Part shown: one piece after another, positions 46,916 to 56,470 of the stretch | Numbering within the stretch: the first letter of the stretch is position 1 | Layout: every line of letters begins with the position of its first letter | Assembly: GCA_000307935.1 (NCBI GenBank) | Contig: AMWX01000001.1 | Span: 163,388-227,387, forward strand | Direction: 5' to 3' | DNA from: SAR86 cluster bacterium SAR86E | GTDB lineage: Bacteria > Pseudomonadota > Gammaproteobacteria > Magnimaribacterales > D2472 | Length of the DNA: 64,000 bases | Translations under genes and position numbers: made by a program | Notes under the pieces: model-generated | What the model saw: the letters and a program-made list of their open reading frames with translations, nothing else | Databases searched by the model: none | What the model was told of the DNA's origin: nothing

Positions 46916-47745
46916 CTAAATAAGTCCTCTTCCTCACTTCTAATTAAAGATCGAGAGTCGCTAAGATTATTTTGTTTAAATTGATAGCCTTTGATTAATA
47001 CAACAGGTTTTTTTTGTGCAGCCTGGCCCATCAATAATGATGAGGCTGCTGCTAATTCGTCAGCGATGCCTATTTGAGTTACTTTTAACTCATTATTATA
47101 AAGGTCTTTTTTACCTCGCTCATCTAAAAGGCATTCAATGTTATGACTCCCTATCGTAAAACCTACTATTCCATTTCTAAAAGGTCTGCCCATAGTATCG
47201 GTGATAATTATAGATATGTTTTTTTGAAAGTATTGAGATATGGATTCTGAAATCTTCTTAGCTGATTCGTCAGGATTTTCTGGTAACAACAAGACAATAT
47301 TCTTGAGTTGATCAATGTTAGACCGATCAATTCCTGCGTTTGCATGAATAAATCCCAATTTATGCTCAACAATTAATACTCCCATTCTATAGCGGACCAC
47401 CTTTTGTGATTCATTGAGTATTGCTTGAATAAACTTTGGATCTTTATCAATTTTTGTAGATAAGGTCATGGCCTCTTCTGAGGGGTCCAAGTGTGAGATG
47501 TCGAGATATCTATTTTCTGATTTAGAAATAATTTTTTGAGCTATTGCAATGACATCTCCATCATCAATTGATATTGATTCAGAGGTTATAGCCTTGATGA
47601 TTTCTTTGGATACATCTTGTCCTGGCTGAATAAGCGGAAGTGTCTCTAGAGCAATGAGGTTAATGGAACTGATAATACTTCTCTTGTTAGTGGCCTGTGA
47701 TCTTAATGCCTGAATGTGCAAGTGAGTGTTTTTTATTGATCGCAA
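46912..47745 (-). CDS. cofE: F420-0:gamma-glutamyl ligase, single-domain CofE
   Basis: GDVIAIAQKIISKSE and HANAGIDRSN. At most 277 aa, with no C-terminal nitroreductase-like domain. The start is uncertain: only TTG codons at 47745 or 47721 are available, and both overlap fno. Confidence 0.85.
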   Translation of the reverse strand: MRSIKNTHLHIQALRSQATNKRSIISSINLIALETLPLIQPGQDVSKEIIKAITSESISIDDGDVIAIAQKIISKSENRYLDISHLDPSEEAMTLSTKIDKDPKFIQAILNESQKVVRYRMGVLIVEHKLGFIHANAGIDRSNIDQLKNIVLLLPENPDESAKKISESISQYFQKNISIIITDTMGRPFRNGIVGFTIGSHNIECLLDERGKKDLYNNELKVTQIGIADELAAASSLLMGQAAQKKPVVLIKGYQFKQNNLSDSRSLIRSEEEDLFR

Positions 47746-48319
47746 TTAATATTGACGTTAGAGCTTCAGCAGCAACTGAATTGCATAATGGTCCAGCATG
47801 CCAGCCAGTCAGACCAGCATCAGCTGCTAACTCAATTACGGTATTTCTAGCATCAAGAAAATCTCCAGCAACCAAAACATCACAATCAATCTCAGCATCG
47901 GTCTGCAGTAATTCAGCTGAAATATTTTGAAAAGCAGATACTACAGTAGTTTGTTCACCCAAAATAGATTGAGCATTTAATGCCGCAGAACCTATTTCAG
48001 GCAATTGAACCCTCATAACCTTTGGAGGCATCAGTGGAACAGTTGCATCAATCATTATCTTATTTTGCAAACCATCATCAATACTTATTAAAGTTGATTC
48101 TTGATGCGCAAATGGCACAGTTAAGCATGCGATTTCACAGATTTTAGCAGCATCAATATTCAACATTCCAGATGAACTTTCCAAGCCTAATTGCACAGCA
48201 ATTTCTTGAGCCTTAGGTAAATCACGGCTGCCAATAAGCACGTCATGTCCAGCCTTAATCCATCTTGAAGCCAACCCTTTACCCAAGGATCCTGTCCCGC
48301 CTAGAATAGCTATTTTCAT
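47687..48319 (-). CDS. fno: NADPH-dependent F420 reductase (Fno/NpdG family)
   Basis: 210 aa with MKIAILGGTGSLGKGLASRWIKAGHDVLIGSRD. GGAG RBS upstream. Confidence 0.8.
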   Translation of the reverse strand: MKIAILGGTGSLGKGLASRWIKAGHDVLIGSRDLPKAQEIAVQLGLESSSGMLNIDAAKICEIACLTVPFAHQESTLISIDDGLQNKIMIDATVPLMPPKVMRVQLPEIGSAALNAQSILGEQTTVVSAFQNISAELLQTDAEIDCDVLVAGDFLDARNTVIELAADAGLTGWHAGPLCNSVAAEALTSILIAINKKHSLAHSGIKITGH

Positions 48320-48463
48320 TTAATGTCTCCTAATTAATATTTAATAAATATTATACAAATTCGCCAACCAATCAATGGGTATCTTCATGAATAAATTTGT
48401 CAATATAAATTTAGCTTACATGTTCTATAATCAATTAGATCAGATCAGTAAAAAATACTAAAA

Positions 48464-49228
48464 ATGATAAATTTAAAAAATAAATCTGTAGTTGTAACTG
48501 GGGGCACAAAAGGTATAGGTATTGAAATTACTAAATCCTTTTTAAAACAAAATGCTAAAGTCTTTGTTCTGGCAAGACAGAAACCCAAAAGAAGTATTCA
48601 GGCCAAAGGCAACAGAGCGGTATTCATAGAATGTGATATTAGAAATATTGATTCATTGGATGATGCAGTAAAACAAATTAAAGGCTTATCAAAATCAATA
48701 GACGTTTTGATAAATAATGCTGGTGGGGCTCCAATGGCTAATGCTTTAAGCGCTTCAAACAAATTTCATGAAGCAATCATTGATTTGAATCTATCTGCGC
48801 CACTTAATGTAAGCCAAAGATTTGCCAAGATTATGATGAAACAAAAGACAGTTTCAAACATTATTAATATATCCAGTGTTACCGCAACTAGACCTACACC
48901 AGGAAGTGCTGCTTATGGAGCAGCCAAGGGAGGTCTTGTCAATCTAACTAAAACGTTAGCAGTTGAGTGGGCTCCCAAAATTAAAGTTAACTCTATAATT
49001 GTAGGTTATATAGAGACAGAAAATTCTGTAGTTCATTATGGAAGCAAAAAAGAAATCAATAAAGTGGCGAAAACTATCCCCATGAAAAGAATGGGTAAAC
49101 CAGAAGATATAGCTAATGCTTGTATCTTCTTCTCATCCACTTTAGCTGATTGGATTACAGGTGCTGCTCTTGAGGTTCATGGCGGCGGAGAACAACCAAC
49201 CTATCTTGAGTTTGCAAAGCCCAAATAA
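48464..49228 (+). CDS. Short-chain dehydrogenase/reductase
   Basis: 254 aa with VTGGTKGIGIEI and YGAAKGG. Confidence 0.8.
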   Translation: MINLKNKSVVVTGGTKGIGIEITKSFLKQNAKVFVLARQKPKRSIQAKGNRAVFIECDIRNIDSLDDAVKQIKGLSKSIDVLINNAGGAPMANALSASNKFHEAIIDLNLSAPLNVSQRFAKIMMKQKTVSNIINISSVTATRPTPGSAAYGAAKGGLVNLTKTLAVEWAPKIKVNSIIVGYIETENSVVHYGSKKEINKVAKTIPMKRMGKPEDIANACIFFSSTLADWITGAALEVHGGGEQPTYLEFAKPK

Positions 49229-49286
49229 AGAACTTTATATAATATCTTATGTCTAAATAAGCATCGATTAATTGATAGAAAAGAAA

Positions 49287-49817
49287 ATGAATGAAAAATA
49301 TGTGCAGGCCTTAATTCTTGGAAGTATCATTGGTCTTGCAATTGTGATTGACGATATAATCAGTCCAAAAAATTTAATTAATAATGCGCCTATTTCTATA
49401 GGGATTATTGATGAAAAGTCTAAAAATTCCGATCAGCTCATCAAAATATTAGAAAGCCTTGGTTCTGATCATGAGTTAAAGAATCATAAAGTTGTTTTAT
49501 TAGATGCTAACGATGATAAAACGATGAGCTCTAATGAATTAAAAAAGATATTTAAAATTAAAATTGATGGAAATGATATAAATAAAGAGGAAGTAAAAAA
49601 GGATATCAGGATAAAAGTTAATACAGATGATATATCCGATATAGATATTCAATCAATTTTTGATGAAATTCAAATACAGCTTAGTGATGAAGAATACATT
49701 GAAGTGAAATCAAAATTAGAAGATGCAAAATCTGAATTGGAGAATGAGTTAGCTGAAGCAGCAGATCAGTTAGGTAATGTTGATATTGATATTCAAGTTG
49801 AGGTTGATAAAAATTAA
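49287..49817 (+). CDS. Hypothetical membrane-anchored acidic protein
   Basis: One N-terminal TM helix (ALILGSIIGLAIVI) followed by a Asp/Glu/Lys/Ile-rich region. ATG at 49287; the track's TTG is at 49272. Confidence 0.4.
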   Translation: MNEKYVQALILGSIIGLAIVIDDIISPKNLINNAPISIGIIDEKSKNSDQLIKILESLGSDHELKNHKVVLLDANDDKTMSSNELKKIFKIKIDGNDINKEEVKKDIRIKVNTDDISDIDIQSIFDEIQIQLSDEEYIEVKSKLEDAKSELENELAEAADQLGNVDIDIQVEVDKN

Positions 49818-49818
49818 T

Positions 49819-51345
49819 TTATCCAAATAATTTTCTGACCAAGCGATTGCCCCAAAATATTTTTAAAGCTCCTTTTAGTTGCTCAAATGATTTGTCTGTA
49901 TAGGGATAAGCTGATGCTGACTTTTTGCCTATGATAATTGGCATTGGATGGGCATATGCTAACAAGCCCTCTTTTCCATTCACTACCCCTAGGCCACTTT
50001 CTTTGACTCCACCGAATGGAACTTCATTAACTCCATAGCTCATTGCCATATCATTTACAGAGCAGGCACCTGTTTCAATTGCTTTGGCTAATCTCTGACC
50101 TTTTTTTAAATCTTTGGTCCAAACATTTCCATTCAATCCATAATGAGATTGGTTGGCTAACATTAATGCTTCCTCTTCTGATTGAACTTTCATAATTGAG
50201 ATAATTGGCCCGAAGGTTTCATCTTTCATGATCTTCATCTCATGAGTAACTTCTACAAGAACTGTTGGTTCAAAATATAAGCCTTCAAAATTTGGATTTC
50301 TTTTCCCTCCAACCAATACCTTTGCACCTTTAGCGACTGCATCATTCACATGATCTTCGATGATTTCAACTTGCTTATCCCAAAAAGTAGGGCCAACATC
50401 ACCTTTACAATCATTGGATTGAATGAGAGATTGAGTTATTGAAACTGCCTCTGCAACAAACTCATCATAAACATCCTCCATGACATAAATTCTTTCAGTG
50501 CCACAGCAATACTGACCTGCATTCATACATGAGCCCACAACAGCACCACTAGCAGCATCTTTGATGTCTGCATCAGAACAAACAATCATGGCATCTTTGC
50601 CACCCAATTCAAGACTATAAGGAATCAGCATTTCTCCACATTTTGCTGCAATCTTTTTACCTGTAGCAACGCTACCTGTAAAAGAAACCTTATCTGGACC
50701 CTGGTCAATTAACTCCGCACCTGTCTCCCCATCTCCTATAACGGTCTGCACAAGGTGCTCTGGGGCTTCAGCTAACGCAAAAATTTCCTGCACCAATGCT
50801 CCAGACATAGGAGTAACTTCAGATGGTTTCACCACCACGCTATTTCCACAAAGAACAGCTTGAATGACTGGATTAATAGACAGTATGAATGGACCATTCC
50901 ATGGAGTAATAACTGCTACCACACCTCTTGGCTTGTATGTGATTATTGTTTTCTTAAGAAACTGCATAGGTCCATGCATCTTTATTTTTTTATCTGCTAA
51001 CCACTTTTGAGCTCTCTTTGCATAGAAGACCAAAGAATCAACAGCTGAAAATACTTCCATAGACATAGCTTCTTGCTCAGGTTTGCCAGTCTCTCTCATG
51101 ACAACATCCATGATTCTGTCTTGCTGCTGAATAACTACATCAGCAACCCTATGCATTAACTCAACTCTTTCTTTCAAAGTTGTTTTCTTCCACTCACTTT
51201 GCGCAACTTTGGCTTGGGTCATTATCGATGAAATCTCTTCTGATGAAGTGCATTCATAAGTATCGATATGAGAGAGATCGACCGGGCTTTTTAAAGTTAA
51301 TAGTTTTTTGCCGCTCTCTGAATGAGAGATAGAAAAAATAGCCAT
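49819..51345 (-). CDS. Aldehyde dehydrogenase
   Basis: 508 aa with ELGGKDA and the catalytic-Cys region NAGQYCCGTERIYV. Confidence 0.9.
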   Translation of the reverse strand: MAIFSISHSESGKKLLTLKSPVDLSHIDTYECTSSEEISSIMTQAKVAQSEWKKTTLKERVELMHRVADVVIQQQDRIMDVVMRETGKPEQEAMSMEVFSAVDSLVFYAKRAQKWLADKKIKMHGPMQFLKKTIITYKPRGVVAVITPWNGPFILSINPVIQAVLCGNSVVVKPSEVTPMSGALVQEIFALAEAPEHLVQTVIGDGETGAELIDQGPDKVSFTGSVATGKKIAAKCGEMLIPYSLELGGKDAMIVCSDADIKDAASGAVVGSCMNAGQYCCGTERIYVMEDVYDEFVAEAVSITQSLIQSNDCKGDVGPTFWDKQVEIIEDHVNDAVAKGAKVLVGGKRNPNFEGLYFEPTVLVEVTHEMKIMKDETFGPIISIMKVQSEEEALMLANQSHYGLNGNVWTKDLKKGQRLAKAIETGACSVNDMAMSYGVNEVPFGGVKESGLGVVNGKEGLLAYAHPMPIIIGKKSASAYPYTDKSFEQLKGALKIFWGNRLVRKLFG

Positions 51346-51347
51346 TG

Positions 51348-52418
51348 TTATAACTCCTTAAGTTTAGCTTCAAGCATTGGCGTTACATGATTGTTAATAT
51401 GTGCATTCATACCCATAGGCATAATCTCATAATGCTCTAGTTTACGAACAACTTTAACCATAATTACGGTAAATTTGTATAACGCTAAAATGTAATAGTA
51501 ATCAAAATCATCTGCGCTAAACCCTGTAAGCGCTTCCCATTTAGCAATAGTTGCCACGGGCCCAGGAAAACCACTCAACCTCTCTACATGGACGCCTTTT
51601 GAGTTGCAATCATCAATTGCAATTCCCCATGCAAGATCCATGCAAGGATCGCCGAGAGCTGCCATTTCCCAATCTAAAACAGCTGAGACTTGGCCATCGG
51701 GGTCATACATAATGTTTGCACATCTGCAATCGCCCCAAAGTATAGAGGCTTGAGTTGGTTTTGGTTTATTGGTTTTTAGCCACTCACGCGCTTGATCTGC
51801 AACGGGATGAGCTTCACCGTCCATAGCCCAATCATGAAAGTTAAAATAATAATTTAGCTCTTGATCAAGATAATCTTCAGAAAGTTCTGGTCTATTCAGA
51901 AATTTAAAATCTTCATTCGCAATATCAACTTGATGAATTTTAGCCATTTGCTCAACCCAACCCCACCAAATCCTTTCTCTAACCTCTTCTGAGGAATCAG
52001 CAACCCACCCTTCTTGATGAAACGGAGGATTATCAGATGGAGCATCACCACTTGCCATTTCCATAACATAAAACGAAGTTCCAAAAACTTCATCACTAGG
52101 CTCATACCAAAGGACTTTTGGAACTTTGATATCATGATCAGCTAGTTTTTGCATGATCAAAAATTGCTTATGAATATCATAGTCAGGAAATACAAAAAAA
52201 CCTTCAGGATAGAATCGCAGCACCATACCGGTCTTAATTCTTGTATCTTCTAATTTATATGAGACATTGAAACTTAATGTTTCATTTGAAAAGCCTGTAT
52301 TTTCAGGGCCGCCTAATAACTCCACATCTAGATCAGTGGCTCCATCTAGTTTTGTCTCAATCCAGTTACTAAAAATTACCTTAGTTGCATCTAAATCTCT
52401 TTCTTGTGGCTTTGGCAT
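51348..52418 (-). CDS. Phosphotransferase (APH/ACAD10-N-like kinase fold)
   Basis: 356 aa with WGDCRCANIMYD and VLDWEMAALGDP. Confidence 0.75.
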   Translation of the reverse strand: MPKPQERDLDATKVIFSNWIETKLDGATDLDVELLGGPENTGFSNETLSFNVSYKLEDTRIKTGMVLRFYPEGFFVFPDYDIHKQFLIMQKLADHDIKVPKVLWYEPSDEVFGTSFYVMEMASGDAPSDNPPFHQEGWVADSSEEVRERIWWGWVEQMAKIHQVDIANEDFKFLNRPELSEDYLDQELNYYFNFHDWAMDGEAHPVADQAREWLKTNKPKPTQASILWGDCRCANIMYDPDGQVSAVLDWEMAALGDPCMDLAWGIAIDDCNSKGVHVERLSGFPGPVATIAKWEALTGFSADDFDYYYILALYKFTVIMVKVVRKLEHYEIMPMGMNAHINNHVTPMLEAKLKEL

Positions 52419-52485
52419 TGTGTTGTTCTATTCATTGATTAAACATCAACCTTAATATAAATTTAATGAATTAAAAAGAAAAACT

Positions 52486-53568
52486 ATGGCTGATTTGTTT
52501 AAAGAAAAGTGGGATGCATTTTGCGAAAACCTTAAAGAAGTTGGATCAATTATCGAATCAGAATCCTCGCTTAGTGAAACAGATCAAGTAGAGGGATACA
52601 GATATTTATTGAGGCTGATGCGTTTGTCATTAGAGATGAATATGGAGCATTCAAATCCCTCATCACCTTCTTTTTATAATCTATCTCATGAAACAGCAAA
52701 AATAGGTGCAGACAACCCAGATAATATTTACTTAAATGCAAACATACAAGGAAATCAAACCTATGAAGTTTATGGCAATATTGGTGAAGTTGAGTATTTG
52801 AGTTTTGGAATAAAAGAAAATAGATATAGCAAAGATGGAACCATGGTCTCTCTTGGGGAGATTGATATCAAAGATATGAATGTGGATGATTCGGGAGATT
52901 TTATTTTGCATATAGGCGGCGCAACTAATTCCAAAAATTTCTTGCCACTTCCTAAAAATGCAAATATGTTAATTGTTCGACAAACTTATACAAATAGAGT
53001 TACTCAAGCTCATGCGAAAGTAAATATAAAAACTACAAGCTCGCAGGCAATGCCTGAACTTTTAACATCTGAAAAACTGGAAACTCATCTAAATCAATCT
53101 TTAGCTTTTGTAAGTGGAACTGCATCAACATTCTTAAAATGGGTGCATGAATTTAAAGAAAATCATAAAAATCAATTGCCATTAGGCGATCAGTCATTTT
53201 TTCAAGCTGCAGGTGGAGATCCAAAAATCTGCTATCTTCATGGTTATTATGAATTTAGTAAAAATGAATATATGGAAATTACAACTGATATACCTGATTG
53301 TGAGTATTGGAATTTTCAATTAGAAAATTATTGGATGGAATCACTGGATTATCGACACTACCCTATTCATATAAACGAATCCTCAGCTGTTCTTAATCTA
53401 GATAAGTCTATTACCATTAATGTTAGTCATTTACCTGTAAATTTAAAAAATAATCTGATAACTGAAGGTCGTAATAATGGGGCTATGCTGTTGAGATGGA
53501 TCGGAGCAACCACTCATCCAATCCCCAAAGTATTAATAAAAACACTTGATTCCATGGAGATGAGCTAA
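52486..53568 (+). CDS. Hypothetical protein (possibly DUF1214-like)
   Basis: 360 aa. First gene of a seven-gene plus-strand operon. The family assignment is from weak recollection only. Confidence 0.35.
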   Translation: MADLFKEKWDAFCENLKEVGSIIESESSLSETDQVEGYRYLLRLMRLSLEMNMEHSNPSSPSFYNLSHETAKIGADNPDNIYLNANIQGNQTYEVYGNIGEVEYLSFGIKENRYSKDGTMVSLGEIDIKDMNVDDSGDFILHIGGATNSKNFLPLPKNANMLIVRQTYTNRVTQAHAKVNIKTTSSQAMPELLTSEKLETHLNQSLAFVSGTASTFLKWVHEFKENHKNQLPLGDQSFFQAAGGDPKICYLHGYYEFSKNEYMEITTDIPDCEYWNFQLENYWMESLDYRHYPIHINESSAVLNLDKSITINVSHLPVNLKNNLITEGRNNGAMLLRWIGATTHPIPKVLIKTLDSMEMS

Positions 53569-54707
53569 TGCTTGATTCAAAACAAATAATTAATGCAGCA
53601 AAAAATCAAACAAATTTAGAGTATTTTGGTAATCCATTGTTTTTAGAGGGATTTGAGTGCCTTGTTCAGTCAATCAACGAAGAAGCAGATTTAAATTATA
53701 TTGGAATGGAGGCGCAGCAACATAGATTGATTGGCATATTGGCTAACTTGCTAAGAATAGAAAATGCTTGCATTCAACACCCTGAAATACTCACTGAAGA
53801 AATTAAGTCTCCTGTTGTAATTGTTGGTCTTCCAAGAACGGGGAGTACCATGACACACAGACTGCTTGCATCTGATCCAAGGCATACTGCCATGCTTTGG
53901 TGGGAGGGAAGATACCCAGCAATGCTTGATAATGAGGTTCGCGGTCATCCAAATGAAAGAATGGAGATGGGAAAGGCTGAGGTTGAGGCAGTTATGCAAG
54001 CCTCGCCAGAGGCTCTAACTATTCATCCTTGGGATTATAATGGTGCAGATGAAGAAATCCTGCTGTTAGAGCATACATTTTTAAGTACAGTTCCAGAGTC
54101 ATTTATGAGACTTCCAACCTATTCAAAGTGGGTTGAATCTCAAGATCATATTCATGCATATGCCCAACTTAAAATTATGCTTCAATACCTTCAATGGCAA
54201 AATCCTGGCAGAGGTAAAAAAAGGTGGGTATTAAAGTCTCCACATCATCTGGGTTTTATTGATAAACTTTTAAAAATATTCCCTGATTCAAAAGTGATTC
54301 AGACACACAGAGATCCATTAAAAACTGTCCCTTCTTTTTGTTCAATGTGTTCAAATTTGTTTGAACCTTTAACAAATTCATACAATAAAAATGCAATTGG
54401 TCATCATTGGGCTCATAAATTAGCCAAAGTTTTAAATCACTGTATGGAGGTTAGTAACTCAAATAAAGAAAACTTTTTGAACCTTGAATTTCAAAAAATG
54501 ATCAAAGATCCTATTCTTGAAATGGAACAGGTTTACAAGTTTATTGATGAAGATTTTACTGACCAAGCAGAAAATGCCATGAATGCATGGAAAGAAGAAA
54601 ATCAACACGAAATGGGTGCTCATCAATATTCACTAGAGGAGTTTGGCTTGGAGAGCTCATTCATAGATAGTTATTTCAGTGAATACATTAACCAATATAT
54701 AAGGTAG
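53568..54707 (+). CDS. Cytoplasmic sulfotransferase (PAPS-dependent type)
   Basis: 379 aa with a 5-prime-PSB-like loop VGLPRTGSTMTHRLL and a 3-prime-PB-like QTHRDPLKTVPS. Confidence 0.7.
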   Translation: MLDSKQIINAAKNQTNLEYFGNPLFLEGFECLVQSINEEADLNYIGMEAQQHRLIGILANLLRIENACIQHPEILTEEIKSPVVIVGLPRTGSTMTHRLLASDPRHTAMLWWEGRYPAMLDNEVRGHPNERMEMGKAEVEAVMQASPEALTIHPWDYNGADEEILLLEHTFLSTVPESFMRLPTYSKWVESQDHIHAYAQLKIMLQYLQWQNPGRGKKRWVLKSPHHLGFIDKLLKIFPDSKVIQTHRDPLKTVPSFCSMCSNLFEPLTNSYNKNAIGHHWAHKLAKVLNHCMEVSNSNKENFLNLEFQKMIKDPILEMEQVYKFIDEDFTDQAENAMNAWKEENQHEMGAHQYSLEEFGLESSFIDSYFSEYINQYIR

Positions 54708-54715
54708 GAATAAAG

Positions 54716-55492
54716 ATGTTATTAAAAGATAAAGTAGTAATTGTTTCGGGAATTGGGCCTGGATTAGGTCAAGAGCTTGCTTATGGCGCAGCTAGAGAAG
54801 GTGCGAAAATTGCTATAGCTGCTAGATCTACTGATCTATTAAATAAGCTCAAAGATGAGATCGGAAAAAAATCTGAAGTTATTGCTATTCCTTGTGATAT
54901 TACAAAACCAGAGGATTGTAAAAATTTGGTTGATGAGACAGTTAAAAAGTATGGAAAACTTGATGGTTTAATTAACAGCGCTTATCGTGCAGGCGACTTT
55001 AAGGAAATTGAAGATTCTGATTTTTCCGATTGGCAAGAAACGATGAATACAAATTTTTTTGGAACGATGAATTTAACGATGGCTGCCGTTAAAGAAATGG
55101 CTCCAAACAAAGATGGTGCAATCGTCATGATTAATAGTTTAATAACAAAAAAACCGCTACCAACTCAAGGAGGTTATGCTGCCTCAAAAGGTGCGCTAGC
55201 CACTGCAACAAAAATTCTTGCAAAAGAGCTGGGTCCAAAAGGCATCAGAGTGAACTCAGTCTACATGGGTTGGATGTGGGGTCCACCAGTTGAAATGTAT
55301 GTAAATTTTACCGCTGAATCTATGGGTGTTGAGCCTAAAGATGTAATAGATGGGGTTACCAAAGATATCCCATTGGGAATTATTCCAGACGATAGTGATT
55401 GTGCGAATGCTGCATTATTTCTGATTTCGGATCTTGCTAGAGTCATTACTGGTGCTAATTTAGATGTAAATGGTGGAGAATTTATGTCTTAG
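54716..55492 (+). CDS. Short-chain dehydrogenase/reductase
   Basis: 258 aa with VSGIGPGLGQELA and YAASKGA. Confidence 0.8.
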   Translation: MLLKDKVVIVSGIGPGLGQELAYGAAREGAKIAIAARSTDLLNKLKDEIGKKSEVIAIPCDITKPEDCKNLVDETVKKYGKLDGLINSAYRAGDFKEIEDSDFSDWQETMNTNFFGTMNLTMAAVKEMAPNKDGAIVMINSLITKKPLPTQGGYAASKGALATATKILAKELGPKGIRVNSVYMGWMWGPPVEMYVNFTAESMGVEPKDVIDGVTKDIPLGIIPDDSDCANAALFLISDLARVITGANLDVNGGEFMS

Positions 55493-55592
55493 ACGGGTAT
55501 CGAATGATATTTATTCGTCAAGTTAAATAAAAGTATTCCTCGTTTTTTTTATAAATAGGAATTTCAATACAAATATTGTTTAAAATCTAATT

Positions 55593-56459
55593 ATGGCAAT
55601 TAATAAAAATATTCATACCATCGATCTTATGCTTGGAATTCCTGAGCAAGAAGATAGGTCTGATTGGTATAAGTTTATGGAACCCCTGCTTCGTGATGAA
55701 GAGTCAAGATCTATGTTTAAGATGCCTGCTCAATATATGTTTAAAGATATACCCGAGACCGGCTCACATGACGATTTTATACAATACACCATTGAGCAAA
55801 TGGATAGATTTCATATTAACCAAGCAATGATAGGATTTCACGAGTCATCTGAGGTTAAAATTGAGGCAGCAAAAAATCATACCGATAGGTTCTTCTTTGA
55901 TCTTCCAGTTAATCCCAATATTGAAAATGAAGCTCAGAACATTAAAAGGCACTATGAAACCTATGGCATTAAAGCAGTTAGCGCTTTTCCATCAGGCATG
56001 TATCCACAAATAGCAATTAATGATCCAAAATGGCATCCAATCTATGAAATGTGTGTTGAGCTTGATATACCATTTTTTTGTTGTGTTGGTGTTCCAGGTC
56101 CAAGAATTCCTATGGCTCCTCAAAAAGTTGAACTGGTTGATGAAGTTTGCTGGTACTTCCCAGAACTAAAGTTTGTAATGCGGCATGGAGCAGAGCCTTG
56201 GACAGCATTAGCATGTAAGTTAATGCTTAAATATCCGAATTTATATTACTCAACCAGTGCATTCTCTCCTAAACATTATCCTCAAGATATAATTAATTTT
56301 GCTAATACTCGTGGGATCGATAAAATTATGTATGCAGGTTATTTTCCCATGGGATTATCGTTGGATAAAATATTCTCAGAAATGGATAGCGTGCCATTCA
56401 AAGATGAGGTTTGGCCCAAATTTTTAGGTGAAAATGCACGGAAACTTCTAAAACTATAA
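55593..56459 (+). CDS. Amidohydrolase_2-type TIM-barrel hydrolase/decarboxylase family protein
   Basis: 288 aa with a family-typical C-terminus FLGENARKLLKL. The N-terminal HxH metal motif is not evident (IHTIDLMLG). Confidence 0.65.
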   Translation: MAINKNIHTIDLMLGIPEQEDRSDWYKFMEPLLRDEESRSMFKMPAQYMFKDIPETGSHDDFIQYTIEQMDRFHINQAMIGFHESSEVKIEAAKNHTDRFFFDLPVNPNIENEAQNIKRHYETYGIKAVSAFPSGMYPQIAINDPKWHPIYEMCVELDIPFFCCVGVPGPRIPMAPQKVELVDEVCWYFPELKFVMRHGAEPWTALACKLMLKYPNLYYSTSAFSPKHYPQDIINFANTRGIDKIMYAGYFPMGLSLDKIFSEMDSVPFKDEVWPKFLGENARKLLKL

Positions 56460-56470
56460 ATGGTAAAAGA

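Noticed and set aside
55493-55592. Short hairpins (cgaat-N7-attcg; attcct-N16-aggaat) after the SDR gene as possible terminators.
   Set aside because: The stems are 5-6 bp and AT-rich and are not followed by a proper T-tract. The downstream genes look co-oriented and functionally linked, so no terminator is called.
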